From a virus (taxonomy: Duplodnaviria > Caudoviricetes), in IMG/VR virus record IMGVR_UViG_3300025191_000001, positions 1 to 64,000 of that record: 64,000 nt of DNA, one strand, 5' to 3'. A model generated the notes under the pieces. The model worked only from the letters and a program-made list of their open reading frames with translations, had not been told where the DNA came from and made no database searches. Made by a program: the position numbers and the translations under genes. Position 1 is the stretch's first letter; each line of letters starts with the position of its first letter. This document shows positions 20,327 through 29,608 of this stretch, piece by piece.

Positions 20327-20562
20327 TAGAGATAGAAGTAGAAACTACTGTGGAAATATGGAGGACAGAGGACACTACATTCACTGTAATGTATCCTTTT
20401 CCTAATGTGGCTTACATAAAAGGGCTTAGAGGTAAGTTTACTAAAGATCTGAGGGAATCCATGAAAGTTCTTCTCAAAGAGAGGGGTATCACTCTTGTTC
20501 ATTATGAACGTAGAAGACCTGACGGAAGACACCAAATAAGAGAGATAAAAGATGACAGATAA
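20323..20562 (+). CDS. Hypothetical protein in lysis cassette
   Basis: ATGA overlap upstream, overlaps endolysin start. Confidence 0.6.
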   Translation: MIEIEVETTVEIWRTEDTTFTVMYPFPNVAYIKGLRGKFTKDLRESMKVLLKERGITLVHYERRRPDGRHQIREIKDDR

Positions 20563-20941
20563 AATTAATTGGGAAGATTACCCCAATTTCTCTGAAAAAG
20601 AGTTTCAATGTAAATATACAGGGATTTGTGATATGGACAAAGACTTTATGGAAATTCTATCAGAGATAAGAAAAGAGTATGGTAAACCTATGATAATAAC
20701 ATCAGGATATCGACATCCCACACACCCAATAGAATCTTCAAAACCCATCAGAGGGGAACATACTTATGGTGTATGCTGCGACGTGTCTGTAAGGGGTGAA
20801 GATTGCTATAATTTGATCTCTATATGTATTAAGAAAGGAATAACTCGATTAGGTGTATCTCAAAAAGGGGAAAACAGGTTTATACACATAGGAATAGGGT
20901 ACGGGGATAAGTTTCTTAACCCTTGGGTTTGGTCTTACTAA
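20552..20941 (+). CDS. Endolysin, peptidase M15A family
   Basis: NFSEKEFQC, ITSGYR, H(TYG)..D and FIHIG zinc-ligand pattern. Confidence 0.88.
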   Translation: MTDKINWEDYPNFSEKEFQCKYTGICDMDKDFMEILSEIRKEYGKPMIITSGYRHPTHPIESSKPIRGEHTYGVCCDVSVRGEDCYNLISICIKKGITRLGVSQKGENRFIHIGIGYGDKFLNPWVWSY

Positions 20942-20960
20942 AGATGGGAAATGCCCATAG

Positions 20961-21056
20961 AAGCTCCTGTAAGGCTCTCTCAGAAGAGTTCTCCTAAAAG
21001 ATGATACATTGTACAGGTTATACAAGAAAGCCCCTCAGATTGCTCTGTAGGGGCTA
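20961..21056. repeat. ~96-bp pseudo-palindromic intergenic element, copy 1
   Basis: Aligns without gaps to the reverse complement of 52692-52787 (AAGCTCCTGTAAG...TATACAAGAAARCCCCTCAGA). Confidence 0.85.
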
Positions 21057-21061
21057 TTTTT
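21027..21061. terminator. Probable bidirectional terminator between convergent late and middle blocks
   Basis: AGCCCC..CAGA/TCTG..GGGGCT stem with A-rich and T-rich flanks; coincides with the right arm of repeat copy 1. Confidence 0.65.
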
Positions 21062-21072
21062 GTATCTAAATG

Positions 21073-21447
21073 TTAACTAGTAAACAACCCCTCTGGTTCA
21101 CTCTCAATTAAATCTGCTATTTGGTGGAAGTTCCAATCACATTCGTCATTTAATCCTGCAAGACAAATATCTGGTAGGTCATCTTTACGCTTGAAACCTC
21201 CTGTAACTTCTTTTAATCCTACCCACTCCATAACTTCGGGGAGTTCCTCTAGAGTATCCTCATATACATTATATACTCCGCTGTTGTTACTAGGTAATAC
21301 TTTCCCTGTCTCACGTTCATACATATTGCACAGCACCCCAAGACAGCAATAATTCCCATCACCATCACATAGCACCTCTTTAGTTTGTCTATACTCACCG
21401 CTACGTAATGCTTCAATCCATTTCTTTCTATTCTCTTGTACACTCAT
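21073..21447 (-). CDS. Hypothetical phage protein
   Basis: KWIEALRSGEY...YCCLGVLC motif recurrent in phage proteins; RBS. Confidence 0.75.
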   Translation of the reverse strand: MSVQENRKKWIEALRSGEYRQTKEVLCDGDGNYCCLGVLCNMYERETGKVLPSNNSGVYNVYEDTLEELPEVMEWVGLKEVTGGFKRKDDLPDICLAGLNDECDWNFHQIADLIESEPEGLFTS

Positions 21448-21449
21448 AA

Positions 21450-21908
21450 TTATTCCTCCTCTACAAATTCAATGATTGGGCAAATCTTATCTTTCTTAGC
21501 TTTAATGTATTGTGCTACAAGACTAGGCTCTTTGTCAATAGGTTCTTCCATAAATTTTTCATACCTGTAATCCCTATATTTATCTATCAAGGCACCACAC
21601 CCTAAAAGCAACAGTCCGACCATGGTAGCCACCATCTCTGCGAGTAAAATTATTAATCCTAAATCACCCCCTATAATATTACCTGTAACCATTGAACCTA
21701 CCAAAGAGCTTAAAGGCAATACAACGGAAACGGCTAATACTACAGGGAGTACGCCCAGTAACACAGCACCCTTAAACACAATACTGGAGACTACTTGCCA
21801 GAAGTAGATACAAAGGCTACTACTAACAAAGTTAGAGCCAACCCCCGTTACGCCAAGAGTTTCCTCTGTTATTGCTCTATAGTGCCAACTATTTTTATTC
21901 ACTTTCAT
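21450..21908 (-). CDS. Membrane protein
   Basis: SWHYR, LCIYFW, two TM helices, KAKKDKICP C-terminus. Confidence 0.75.
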   Translation of the reverse strand: MKVNKNSWHYRAITEETLGVTGVGSNFVSSSLCIYFWQVVSSIVFKGAVLLGVLPVVLAVSVVLPLSSLVGSMVTGNIIGGDLGLIILLAEMVATMVGLLLLGCGALIDKYRDYRYEKFMEEPIDKEPSLVAQYIKAKKDKICPIIEFVEEE

Positions 21909-21910
21909 AG

Positions 21911-22171
21911 TTATTCCTCCAATTCAATAATGTCATACTCTGTAATAATGGCTGTCTTAGCCCCACAACTAATAATAGGCTTTCCGTCTGTAGATGTCAA
22001 CACCTTAGCTACAATATTCCCATTAGAACCCACAATTCCTACAGCGTTACTTCTAAGAGTCACTTTACCAGAGGGTGTATTACTCACACGTATTGCTGGT
22101 TGAAGGTCTCCTTCCCATTTCTTTTTATTATTAGCTTGAATAGCATTCTTACATACACAAATATAAGCCAT
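21911..22171 (-). CDS. Hypothetical phage protein
   Basis: Tight packing; KP..SCGA motif. Confidence 0.7.
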   Translation of the reverse strand: MAYICVCKNAIQANNKKKWEGDLQPAIRVSNTPSGKVTLRSNAVGIVGSNGNIVAKVLTSTDGKPIISCGAKTAIITEYDIIELEE

Positions 22172-22174
22172 TAG

Positions 22175-22486
22175 TTATTCCTCCTCGTAACAGCATTGTA
22201 CGAACACTTCTTTGTAGGCTACGTAAGAACCACTAAAAGTAAATGCACCTTTAAACTTACCCACTGTATAACGTATATTACTTTCACCAACTAAATGAGA
22301 GTACTCTGGAAGTACTTTAAGGTTGCCATTAAATCCAGTCGCTACTGTATGCCTGCCATTAAGTTCGTGCATGAAATCTAAAAACTCATTCTCATCTAAA
22401 TCAATCCTAACAATAGTAGGTTTAGTGTTATCTCTAATCTCATCATTAATCTTTTCTAAGATACTTTTTTCTCTAATTACTCTCAT
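22175..22486 (-). CDS. Hypothetical protein
   Basis: Tight packing, RBS. Confidence 0.65.
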   Translation of the reverse strand: MRVIREKSILEKINDEIRDNTKPTIVRIDLDENEFLDFMHELNGRHTVATGFNGNLKVLPEYSHLVGESNIRYTVGKFKGAFTFSGSYVAYKEVFVQCCYEEE

Positions 22487-22488
22487 GT

Positions 22489-22992
22489 TTAAAAATCCTC
22501 CAAGTGGTAAATTATAACTTCAAATTCTCTACTAAGAATCCCCTCAATTAACTCCAATACAATCTGCCAATTACACCCTGCTCTATCTGACGCAAACTTA
22601 TAAGGGATGGCTAATTTTATCTCATTGTTATATTGGCGGTCTGCCAAGCTATTGTCGTAACAGTCTACGTAATTGTGAATCTCAAAACTTGTAGAACACA
22701 AGCCATTAGCAATATACCCATAATGACCATATCGTACTTTATCGTAACCGTAGGAATCTTGCCCTATTATGTTTATGACCTTACCACCTAAAGATGTTCT
22801 ACCCATTCGATAGTTTGGGTCAATATTAAACATTTTCTTATAAGCCTTGTACGCATCTGGTATCTTACTTTTTATTTGTTTAGCAATACCACTCCCCATA
22901 ACACCTTTATTATTACAACAGTGTACTAAGAAATCTACGTCCCCTTTTAACAGAGCTTCCACTGCATCCCCTTTTTTATATGTAATACCCAT
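22489..22992 (-). CDS. Macrodomain (ADP-ribose binding/hydrolase) protein
   Basis: KKGD, VHCCN..GVMGSGIAKQIK, IPYKFASDRAGCNW motifs. Confidence 0.85.
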   Translation of the reverse strand: MGITYKKGDAVEALLKGDVDFLVHCCNNKGVMGSGIAKQIKSKIPDAYKAYKKMFNIDPNYRMGRTSLGGKVINIIGQDSYGYDKVRYGHYGYIANGLCSTSFEIHNYVDCYDNSLADRQYNNEIKLAIPYKFASDRAGCNWQIVLELIEGILSREFEVIIYHLEDF

Positions 22993-23357
22993 TAATTTCT
23001 CCCTTCATAAATTAAACCAGTTAACATAGTATGCACTTCGTCTAGTCTTGTCAACTCTTTTTGTTTTCTTTTTAGTTCATTGTTTTTCTCAATACACTTA
23101 CCTAGTGTCCTTACAGCAGCATCCAGTTCAGGGTATTCTTTTTTAAGTTTAAAACTTTTACCTCCTACCTCTAAGTATTCCGAAATTACTACACGTCCTG
23201 TGCAAGAGTACACAGGGATTTCTATTGAATGTTCCTCTTTAAGTATAAGCCTTTGCAGAGTAGGGATGTAGGAGAAACCTTCTTTATACAACTCTAATCC
23301 CTTAATAAGATTGTCTACCACTTCTTCCTCTTTCTTTTCAATATCTGAATCTATCAT
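22992..23357 (-). CDS. Hypothetical protein
   Basis: Overlapping start/stop packing. Confidence 0.65.
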   Translation of the reverse strand: MIDSDIEKKEEEVVDNLIKGLELYKEGFSYIPTLQRLILKEEHSIEIPVYSCTGRVVISEYLEVGGKSFKLKKEYPELDAAVRTLGKCIEKNNELKRKQKELTRLDEVHTMLTGLIYEGRN

Positions 23358-23824
23358 AGTTGCTTCTCCTCTAATACTTTCCTGATCTCACGGTCTACTT
23401 TATGTCTACGTTCTTTGTTAGCTTGTTCTTGTTTGAGTTTCCTTGTATCTTGTAGGAACTCTACCCCCTGAAGTAAGTATTCTCCCTCCACTTGGGTCAC
23501 ACTACAAGTGTTTATATAGTAAAAGGCATTCCCTTTCCAAGAAGTGTTTATAGTGAAGCACGTAGAGGACGGGGTATGTTTCCAACACTCACCATCGTAG
23601 TATTTATCCCATATAGGTTCGAACTCCTCTGGACATTTCAACATTAACTCTAACATAGAATGCACTGGGGGAGAAATCTTTGGTTTGTCTTCATTTTTTT
23701 TGTCTAAGTCGTCTTTCTTAGGCGTACCTCCTCTAGTAAGAAGATTGTCAATAATAATAATTACACACAACACGAATAATACCACTCCCATTATAGAGAA
23801 TACTAATATTAAGTTTTTATCCAT
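23354..23824 (-). CDS. Membrane-anchored hypothetical protein
   Basis: N-terminal TM helix; RBS GGAGG. Confidence 0.7.
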   Translation of the reverse strand: MDKNLILVFSIMGVVLFVLCVIIIIDNLLTRGGTPKKDDLDKKNEDKPKISPPVHSMLELMLKCPEEFEPIWDKYYDGECWKHTPSSTCFTINTSWKGNAFYYINTCSVTQVEGEYLLQGVEFLQDTRKLKQEQANKERRHKVDREIRKVLEEKQL

Positions 23825-23826
23825 AA

Positions 23827-23924
23827 TTCCTCCTGTATCGCTCTCTAAGAGCCTATCTGTTCTATACCTACCCTACCGTACCTCTTTATAGAGAACTCTA
23901 CTGAGATAGCCTCTGAGGGCGTTT
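23827..23924. repeat. ~96-bp pseudo-palindromic element, copy 2
   Basis: CTCCTGTATCGCTCTCTAAGAG left arm; TACCCTACCGTACC core; CTGAGATAGCCTCTGAGGG right arm (shifted about 1 nt). Confidence 0.7.
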
Positions 23925-23928
23925 AATC

Positions 23929-24441
23929 TTACTTAATACTCTTGTTCCACTTAGATATTAGCTTAGTTGCTTGCTTTAAGTCAAGGCCATTATGCCCACT
24001 TTCTATAATATTCTTGAAACTATTAGCATCAGTATGACAAGCCACTACATTACCTTTTACATACCCCTTACTACTGTCTATGCGGTCTATCGTAAGCACA
24101 TCCCTTGTAAGCGGCAACCCTGTGTAATAACATTTCTTAGCCTTCATAATATTCTTTACAGACGTGAATGATAAACCAAACTCAATACCCCTTTGTTTAG
24201 CATTGTTATACTTTAAGGATAACTTCCTTGCCACCATAACATCAAGGGGTTCTTCCTCCTCGGCTATCACTACTTCAGATTCTTGGTACATATCAGGGAA
24301 TACTTGTAGCAGTTTCTTCTCTATGGCAGAGGACAACTTGAAAGAAGGGAACCTTGTGAAGTAATCGTCAAGTTCCTCCCTGTTTCTTTGGTCAATGCAA
24401 CGGTTAACATTTTTAAGCCAATCACTTCTAATCATCTTCAT
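23929..24441 (-). CDS. Srd-like anti-sigma factor / degenerate HNH protein
   Basis: AKQRGIEFGLS...CYYTG...TIDRIDSSKGYVKGNVVAC resembles the T4 Srd family; has its own sigma70 promoter. Confidence 0.6.
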   Translation of the reverse strand: MKMIRSDWLKNVNRCIDQRNREELDDYFTRFPSFKLSSAIEKKLLQVFPDMYQESEVVIAEEEEPLDVMVARKLSLKYNNAKQRGIEFGLSFTSVKNIMKAKKCYYTGLPLTRDVLTIDRIDSSKGYVKGNVVACHTDANSFKNIIESGHNGLDLKQATKLISKWNKSIK

Positions 24442-24458
24442 CTCCTCAAATTTCAGGT

Positions 24459-24508
24459 AATAAAAAATCCTATAGACCGATTATGATCTATAGGATTCGT
24501 CTTGTCAA
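24459..24508 (-). promoter_or_regulatory. nrdB terminator overlapping a sigma70 promoter for the srd-like gene
   Basis: AATCCTATAGA/TCTATAGGATT stem plus T-tract on - strand; TTGACA-17-CATAAT spans the same hairpin. Confidence 0.7.
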
Positions 24509-24527
24509 CAACTAATTGTAATTTATT

Positions 24528-25532
24528 TTAGAAATCATCCCAACCGTCAATACTCTCGCTACGTGAATAAGAGGTGTTAGCTCCTGCCTCAAAAAAGTTA
24601 GCCCTGCTTTGTACATCTAAATGGATGTAAGGGTTTGATACTCCTTCAAAGATAGGGTCTATTCCTATACCCCGCAGTCTGCGGTTAGCTAAGTCCTTCA
24701 CAAACTGTTCTGTACTTTCTTCACTAATACCTAGTATAGAGTTCCCGTAAATAGACTTAGCCCATTCAATCTCTTGTAATGTAACTTTCTCTATGAAAGG
24801 AATAATCCAATCTTGTTCTTTCTTACAGTCCATTGTCTCATTAATAATCTTAGTAAACAATGCTACATGAGAAGCTTCGTCTACTCTGATATAGTCAATT
24901 ACTTTCTGAGTCTGAACTAACTTTTTACGAGAAGCTAACTGGTCGAATAGGTTGAACCCGCAGTAAAAGTAAATACCTTCCAACGCTAAATTAGCAATCA
25001 GTACACGTTTAACCATATCCTCATCAGGACAGTCAACAAAAGCTTGCATCTGGTCAGCAATAAACTGATTACGTTTTAAGAGAAGTGGGTTGTTACGCCA
25101 CTCCTCGTAGATACTTTCACGTACACCATTGGTGTACAAACTCTCAAGAATGTATTGATAAGACTGGCTATGTACAATCTCTTGAAAAGTTTGTATTCCT
25201 AGTAAGTTCTTAACCCCGCTGTTAGTAATATAGTCTGCTATGTTAGGTAAGTTATTCACTTGCATACTATCTAAGAAGATTAAAAATGCTAAAGTCTTTT
25301 GGACAGCAATATCCTCTGAGTCAGTCAAGGTTTCTATTGTAGTTTTGTCGTCTACCAGACTTACCTTTTCTGGAATCCAGAAGTTACCCATCATAACTTT
25401 ATAGAAACCTTTAACCCAAGGGTATCTTACATTGTTAAGGTTTAGTATTCCAGTAGGATTACCTTGAAAAATACTTTGACTCTCAATAGAGTCGTCTCCA
25501 TCTACATTAAATAATTTTGTTTTGTTTAACAT
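24528..25532 (-). CDS. nrdB: Ribonucleotide reductase class I beta subunit
   Basis: FWIPE, FLDS, QEIVHSQSY, LEGIYFYCGF, DEASH di-metal ligands. Confidence 0.95.
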   Translation of the reverse strand: MLNKTKLFNVDGDDSIESQSIFQGNPTGILNLNNVRYPWVKGFYKVMMGNFWIPEKVSLVDDKTTIETLTDSEDIAVQKTLAFLIFLDSMQVNNLPNIADYITNSGVKNLLGIQTFQEIVHSQSYQYILESLYTNGVRESIYEEWRNNPLLLKRNQFIADQMQAFVDCPDEDMVKRVLIANLALEGIYFYCGFNLFDQLASRKKLVQTQKVIDYIRVDEASHVALFTKIINETMDCKKEQDWIIPFIEKVTLQEIEWAKSIYGNSILGISEESTEQFVKDLANRRLRGIGIDPIFEGVSNPYIHLDVQSRANFFEAGANTSYSRSESIDGWDDF

Positions 25533-25549
25533 TACTACTCCAATTTATG

Positions 25550-27733
25550 CTATCCAGAGCAACCTACACAACCTTCATCCTTAATACCTAGAAGGTCATC
25601 CACAGTCTCCCCTTTCTTTATATGACGTATATAGTATACAGTCTTTGTTCGATACTTCCAAGCGGCATGTATTAAATCATACAAATCTTTTGCTTTAAAG
25701 TTTTCTTTATTATGGTCGAATAAATACTCTGAACTAATACCGGTGTCAACAAACTTTTGTAACTCCCCTACTGCTTCCGCAATAACAGTCTGATCATAGT
25801 GCCTAAATGTCTTAGAGTAACCTAGAGGGTTATCCTTCAAGTGCATACAAGACACAGGGTATTTACCGTTATCATTGTCTTCCCTAAAGAAAGCGCTGTA
25901 CACAGGTAACACTCCAGCAGCAGCATCCATCAGTACACTTGTAGACGTATTAGGTGCAGGACTAGTAAGTTGGCTATTACGAATACCATACTTGTTTATG
26001 CCTAGCTGTAGCGCATCCCAATCTAACGACAAGACAGAGTGACGTTTAAAGTTATCTACCAACTCTCCTGATTGCCATTTACTTCCATCAAAGAAAGGGT
26101 AAGAACCTTTATCGGCAGCCAGTTCAACACTCTTCTTAACTGCACCATACTCAATAAGCTCTGCTACACTTCGTATAAGTTTCATATCATGGTAGTTACT
26201 ACCTTGTAAAGCTAGGTAATCCGCCAGCCCTTGAATACCTATCCCAATAGTTCTGAACTTATTGTTATGGGCTTCACTTTCCTTTGTAGGTGGTGAGGTC
26301 AATTCAATACCAGCATCTAATACCTCTGTAAGTAAGCCACTGTAATAGATGAAATCCTCTTGAGACTCCATACGTCCAGCGACAATACTTGCTAGATTAC
26401 ATGTGTGTGCATACTCATCCGCCTCCACTACAGCGTACTGTTCCACACAGAGGTTTGCACAAGGTATATTACCTATATGACTGCTAGGGTTAAACTCATT
26501 CATTCTGTCCGTGAAGGCAATGTAAGGTAGCCCTGTCTCAAATTGAGTTCTCATGATGTAAGACTTAATTAAATTACGTGTGTCATGTTTAGTAAACACT
26601 TGTAGCATACCTTGCTCCGCTAGGGTAACTGCCTTATTGTAATTCTTTCTGAACTCATCCTTATACGTGTTGAGATTTATACCGAACTTAGCCACCTCGT
26701 GAGGGCAGAATGTGTACCAAGTCTTATCATCGCTTAGGTCTTTCTCCATGAACAAGTCTGGGATACATACTTGAGGAAAAATATCGTAAGCTTTATTACG
26801 TAAGTCCCCTACCTCAGATTGAATCTCTAGGAAGTCTTCAATATCGTTATGCCAAATAGGTAAAGCTAAAGTGAAAGCACCTGCACGTTTACCTCCTTGG
26901 TCAAACCACAGTGCAATGTCATTAAATACTTTAGCTGCTAGATTAACACTCTTGGCTGCACCTTGTCTCCCTGCAATCTCACTCCCTTCTGCACGAAGAT
27001 TGCCTAGATAAATTCCTAAACCACCCCCCATACGGGAAATGTTAATAGCAGACTCAATAGCGTTAGCAATACTTTCACTGTTGTCATTTATAGAAATAAT
27101 AAAACAACTACTAATGTTCCCGTTACTACGTAAGTTAGATAACCAAGGTGTTGCTAGACTCACTTTACGTTGGCTCAGGGCATTGTACAATTCTACTACA
27201 CGTTCCAGTGGTTGCCCTTTGAATATGATCATGGCGTTTACCATAAACATATGCTGCAAACACTCTCCCTCTAGGAGGTACTTCTTACTAGCCGTAAGTG
27301 TACTACCGTAACTGTGATTGAGGTCGTTCTCTTGCTCGATAAAATCTTCCAAATAATCTAAATCAGAATCCGTGTAACTGAAAATATTAGGGTGTATGTA
27401 CTTACCTGAATCCTTCATATCAGATACAAAAGCTTTAAACTCCATCTCGTAAGCTCGTGTATCCTTCCAAAGCTTCATTGTGTTCAGCCTGCCAGCTACA
27501 TAAACCCAATCAGGTACTTCTGCTCTGGCTAAGGTCTGTGCATGGTGAATCACATTATCATGTATCTCTACAGTAGTGATCCCCTCTTGATTGAGTGTGC
27601 TTATTTTACTTTCAAGTTCTAAAGGGTTAACATCTAAACCAGAGCAAGCCCAATTAATTACGTTCTTTATTTTGTCTGTAGAAAATTCCTCTACGTCTCC
27701 GTCCCGCTTTTTTACATTTACCTGATACGTCAC
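25550..27733 (-). CDS. nrdA: Ribonucleotide reductase class I alpha subunit with ATP-cone
   Basis: VKKRDG ATP-cone, SSCF, NLCVE, TCNLAS, APNTSTS, TVYY, C-terminal CVGC. Confidence 0.95.
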   Translation of the reverse strand: MTYQVNVKKRDGDVEEFSTDKIKNVINWACSGLDVNPLELESKISTLNQEGITTVEIHDNVIHHAQTLARAEVPDWVYVAGRLNTMKLWKDTRAYEMEFKAFVSDMKDSGKYIHPNIFSYTDSDLDYLEDFIEQENDLNHSYGSTLTASKKYLLEGECLQHMFMVNAMIIFKGQPLERVVELYNALSQRKVSLATPWLSNLRSNGNISSCFIISINDNSESIANAIESAINISRMGGGLGIYLGNLRAEGSEIAGRQGAAKSVNLAAKVFNDIALWFDQGGKRAGAFTLALPIWHNDIEDFLEIQSEVGDLRNKAYDIFPQVCIPDLFMEKDLSDDKTWYTFCPHEVAKFGINLNTYKDEFRKNYNKAVTLAEQGMLQVFTKHDTRNLIKSYIMRTQFETGLPYIAFTDRMNEFNPSSHIGNIPCANLCVEQYAVVEADEYAHTCNLASIVAGRMESQEDFIYYSGLLTEVLDAGIELTSPPTKESEAHNNKFRTIGIGIQGLADYLALQGSNYHDMKLIRSVAELIEYGAVKKSVELAADKGSYPFFDGSKWQSGELVDNFKRHSVLSLDWDALQLGINKYGIRNSQLTSPAPNTSTSVLMDAAAGVLPVYSAFFREDNDNGKYPVSCMHLKDNPLGYSKTFRHYDQTVIAEAVGELQKFVDTGISSEYLFDHNKENFKAKDLYDLIHAAWKYRTKTVYYIRHIKKGETVDDLLGIKDEGCVGCSG

Positions 27734-27745
27734 TAAACACTCCCC

Positions 27746-28117
27746 TTACCCAATCATCTTCTTAACAAACGCTTTCCATTCTTTATCTTTACGAATAGTC
27801 CCTACATAACGTTCTCCATTCACAAAGTTACCTCCAAAGGAAGTGTGTCCACATATTTGACGTTCTACAGATTCATTTAAGTCTAACCCTAAGTAGTGTA
27901 ATGCCTTGTCCATAATCTCTCGTGGAGGACGTGGTACAGCCATGTGAATGTTCGTAGCGTCTTCTATGATAGATTCTAATGTAGACGTACTCATACCACG
28001 TACATTGTTTACAGCCCACTCTTTGTAGATGTCTGTTTGAGCTACATCAAAGATTGATACTTCATGCTGATTCTGTTCACGTTCTGCTTGCTCTAGTGCG
28101 TAGTCGATGTTATCCAT
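27746..28117 (-). CDS. Hypothetical protein
   Basis: Packed between thyX and nrdA. Confidence 0.7.
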   Translation of the reverse strand: MDNIDYALEQAEREQNQHEVSIFDVAQTDIYKEWAVNNVRGMSTSTLESIIEDATNIHMAVPRPPREIMDKALHYLGLDLNESVERQICGHTSFGGNFVNGERYVGTIRKDKEWKAFVKKMIG

Positions 28118-29109
28118 TATTTGTTCTCCATAAATTGTTGTTCTTTACCAATCTCTAATGCCTTACGGTACTGCCAGAAAACACTACTTTCAAAGTTACC
28201 TGTCATCCAGTCATCATGTTCGTAATCTTCTACCACTTTAGCTACATGCTCCGTAGTGCTGAAATGAGGTGGGTCTTCTTTATATACCCCATTCTCAGGA
28301 AGATTAAGCATATCGTAGACTTTGATAGCTTTCATTAGACTTTCATCAAGTTTCCTATAACTTACTTGTCCTGTACAAGAGGTACTAATCTTTATTGCAC
28401 TCTCTAACGTTAGGTCATTAATTAGTAATAGTTCTTTAGTAGACAACTGAGATAGGCTTTCCCTGATACCATCTTCCGTACAGTTACCTGAGGAAGTTAC
28501 GTCTTTTATCTTACCCATTACCGTATCTAAACCTTTTTCATTGTAAGGTATGCCTAAGTAAGGTAAATGATAGTCTCCGTATTCCAAGTAATTAGGTGTA
28601 CTGTCCTCGATTACACCTCTCATACGTTCTGCTAAGAGTTTGATTTCAGGCTGCGCATCTTTATGGCAACGTAGTTTAAAGAAACTCTCAAAACCATCTT
28701 TAGTAGCTGTAACAACCCCCTTAGTCCACATGAATGGTTCTAGTAAGCGATTAACTACTTGTTTATGGCACTTCAAGCCATCAAGAGCTTCAGCATATTT
28801 AGCAGCGTCCTTTGCCGCCTGTATCCAACCTTGTTTAACCGCTGTAATATCTTTTAATTCTTTCTCCGCTACCATGCCTTTTTGGTTCTCTCCCCAGTGT
28901 ACAGGTAACGCAGGGTTACTTCTAACTTGTTCAATCATACTCTTAGCAGGAACAGCCCTACTAGATTGAAAGTTACGAGATAAGACTCTGTGAGTGTTAA
29001 ACTCAGGGAGAATAAATCGGTGTAATTCTATCTCTAAAGTAATTAACTCTTCGCCATTAGGTGCTTTACTATGAGCCACTACTTTAGCAGAAGGTCTATC
29101 TAATCCCAT
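28117..29109 (-). CDS. thyX: FAD-dependent thymidylate synthase
   Basis: EFNTHRVLSRNFQSSR motif, HKQVVNRLLEPF, FFKLRC..AQPEI. Confidence 0.9.
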   Translation of the reverse strand: MGLDRPSAKVVAHSKAPNGEELITLEIELHRFILPEFNTHRVLSRNFQSSRAVPAKSMIEQVRSNPALPVHWGENQKGMVAEKELKDITAVKQGWIQAAKDAAKYAEALDGLKCHKQVVNRLLEPFMWTKGVVTATKDGFESFFKLRCHKDAQPEIKLLAERMRGVIEDSTPNYLEYGDYHLPYLGIPYNEKGLDTVMGKIKDVTSSGNCTEDGIRESLSQLSTKELLLINDLTLESAIKISTSCTGQVSYRKLDESLMKAIKVYDMLNLPENGVYKEDPPHFSTTEHVAKVVEDYEHDDWMTGNFESSVFWQYRKALEIGKEQQFMENK

Positions 29110-29324
29110 AATTCTTCTTCCTTCAGCTTCTTCATAATATTCTCTGCTCCCACAACAGACACCTTACCATTCTCAATCAAAGCAGGGATACCTCTGACAC
29201 CTGCCTTTTGGGCTTCTTCCATATTTGTGTCAATGTCTAACACTTCTACTTCAAGGTTATTTTCTTCGATATACTTCTTTACAGGAGTACATGAACTGCA
29301 CCACGGGGCGCTAAATAATTTCAT
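29100..29324 (-). CDS. Glutaredoxin/thioredoxin-like redoxin
   Basis: WCSSC, VRGIPALI cis-Pro loop; next to RNR genes. Confidence 0.85.
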   Translation of the reverse strand: MKLFSAPWCSSCTPVKKYIEENNLEVEVLDIDTNMEEAQKAGVRGIPALIENGKVSVVGAENIMKKLKEEELWD

Positions 29325-29536
29325 TCTTTCTCCTCTTCTACTTCTAGGAATAATTTCTTTGCTAATTCTAAGCCTTTGATAAGGCGGTTAACCTCGTGGA
29401 TGTCTAAAACAGGTTCTTGTAATTCAATCTCTACACAATTCATACCTGACTGTAGTAAGCTTATATTACCATCCACCACTATCTCTGAGGCATCAGTTTC
29501 CAACGGTTCACCTTCTAAATTCACTCTCATAATCAT
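29321..29536 (-). CDS. Hypothetical protein
   Basis: RBS and upstream promoter TTGACT-16-(TG)TAGAAT at 29562-29589. Confidence 0.65.
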   Translation of the reverse strand: MIMRVNLEGEPLETDASEIVVDGNISLLQSGMNCVEIELQEPVLDIHEVNRLIKGLELAKKLFLEVEEEKE

Positions 29537-29608
29537 TCTCCTTTATTTGAGGTAGAGATATATTCTACCACAATTTATCTCAAAGTCAATCTATACTTTC
29601 GTTAATGA

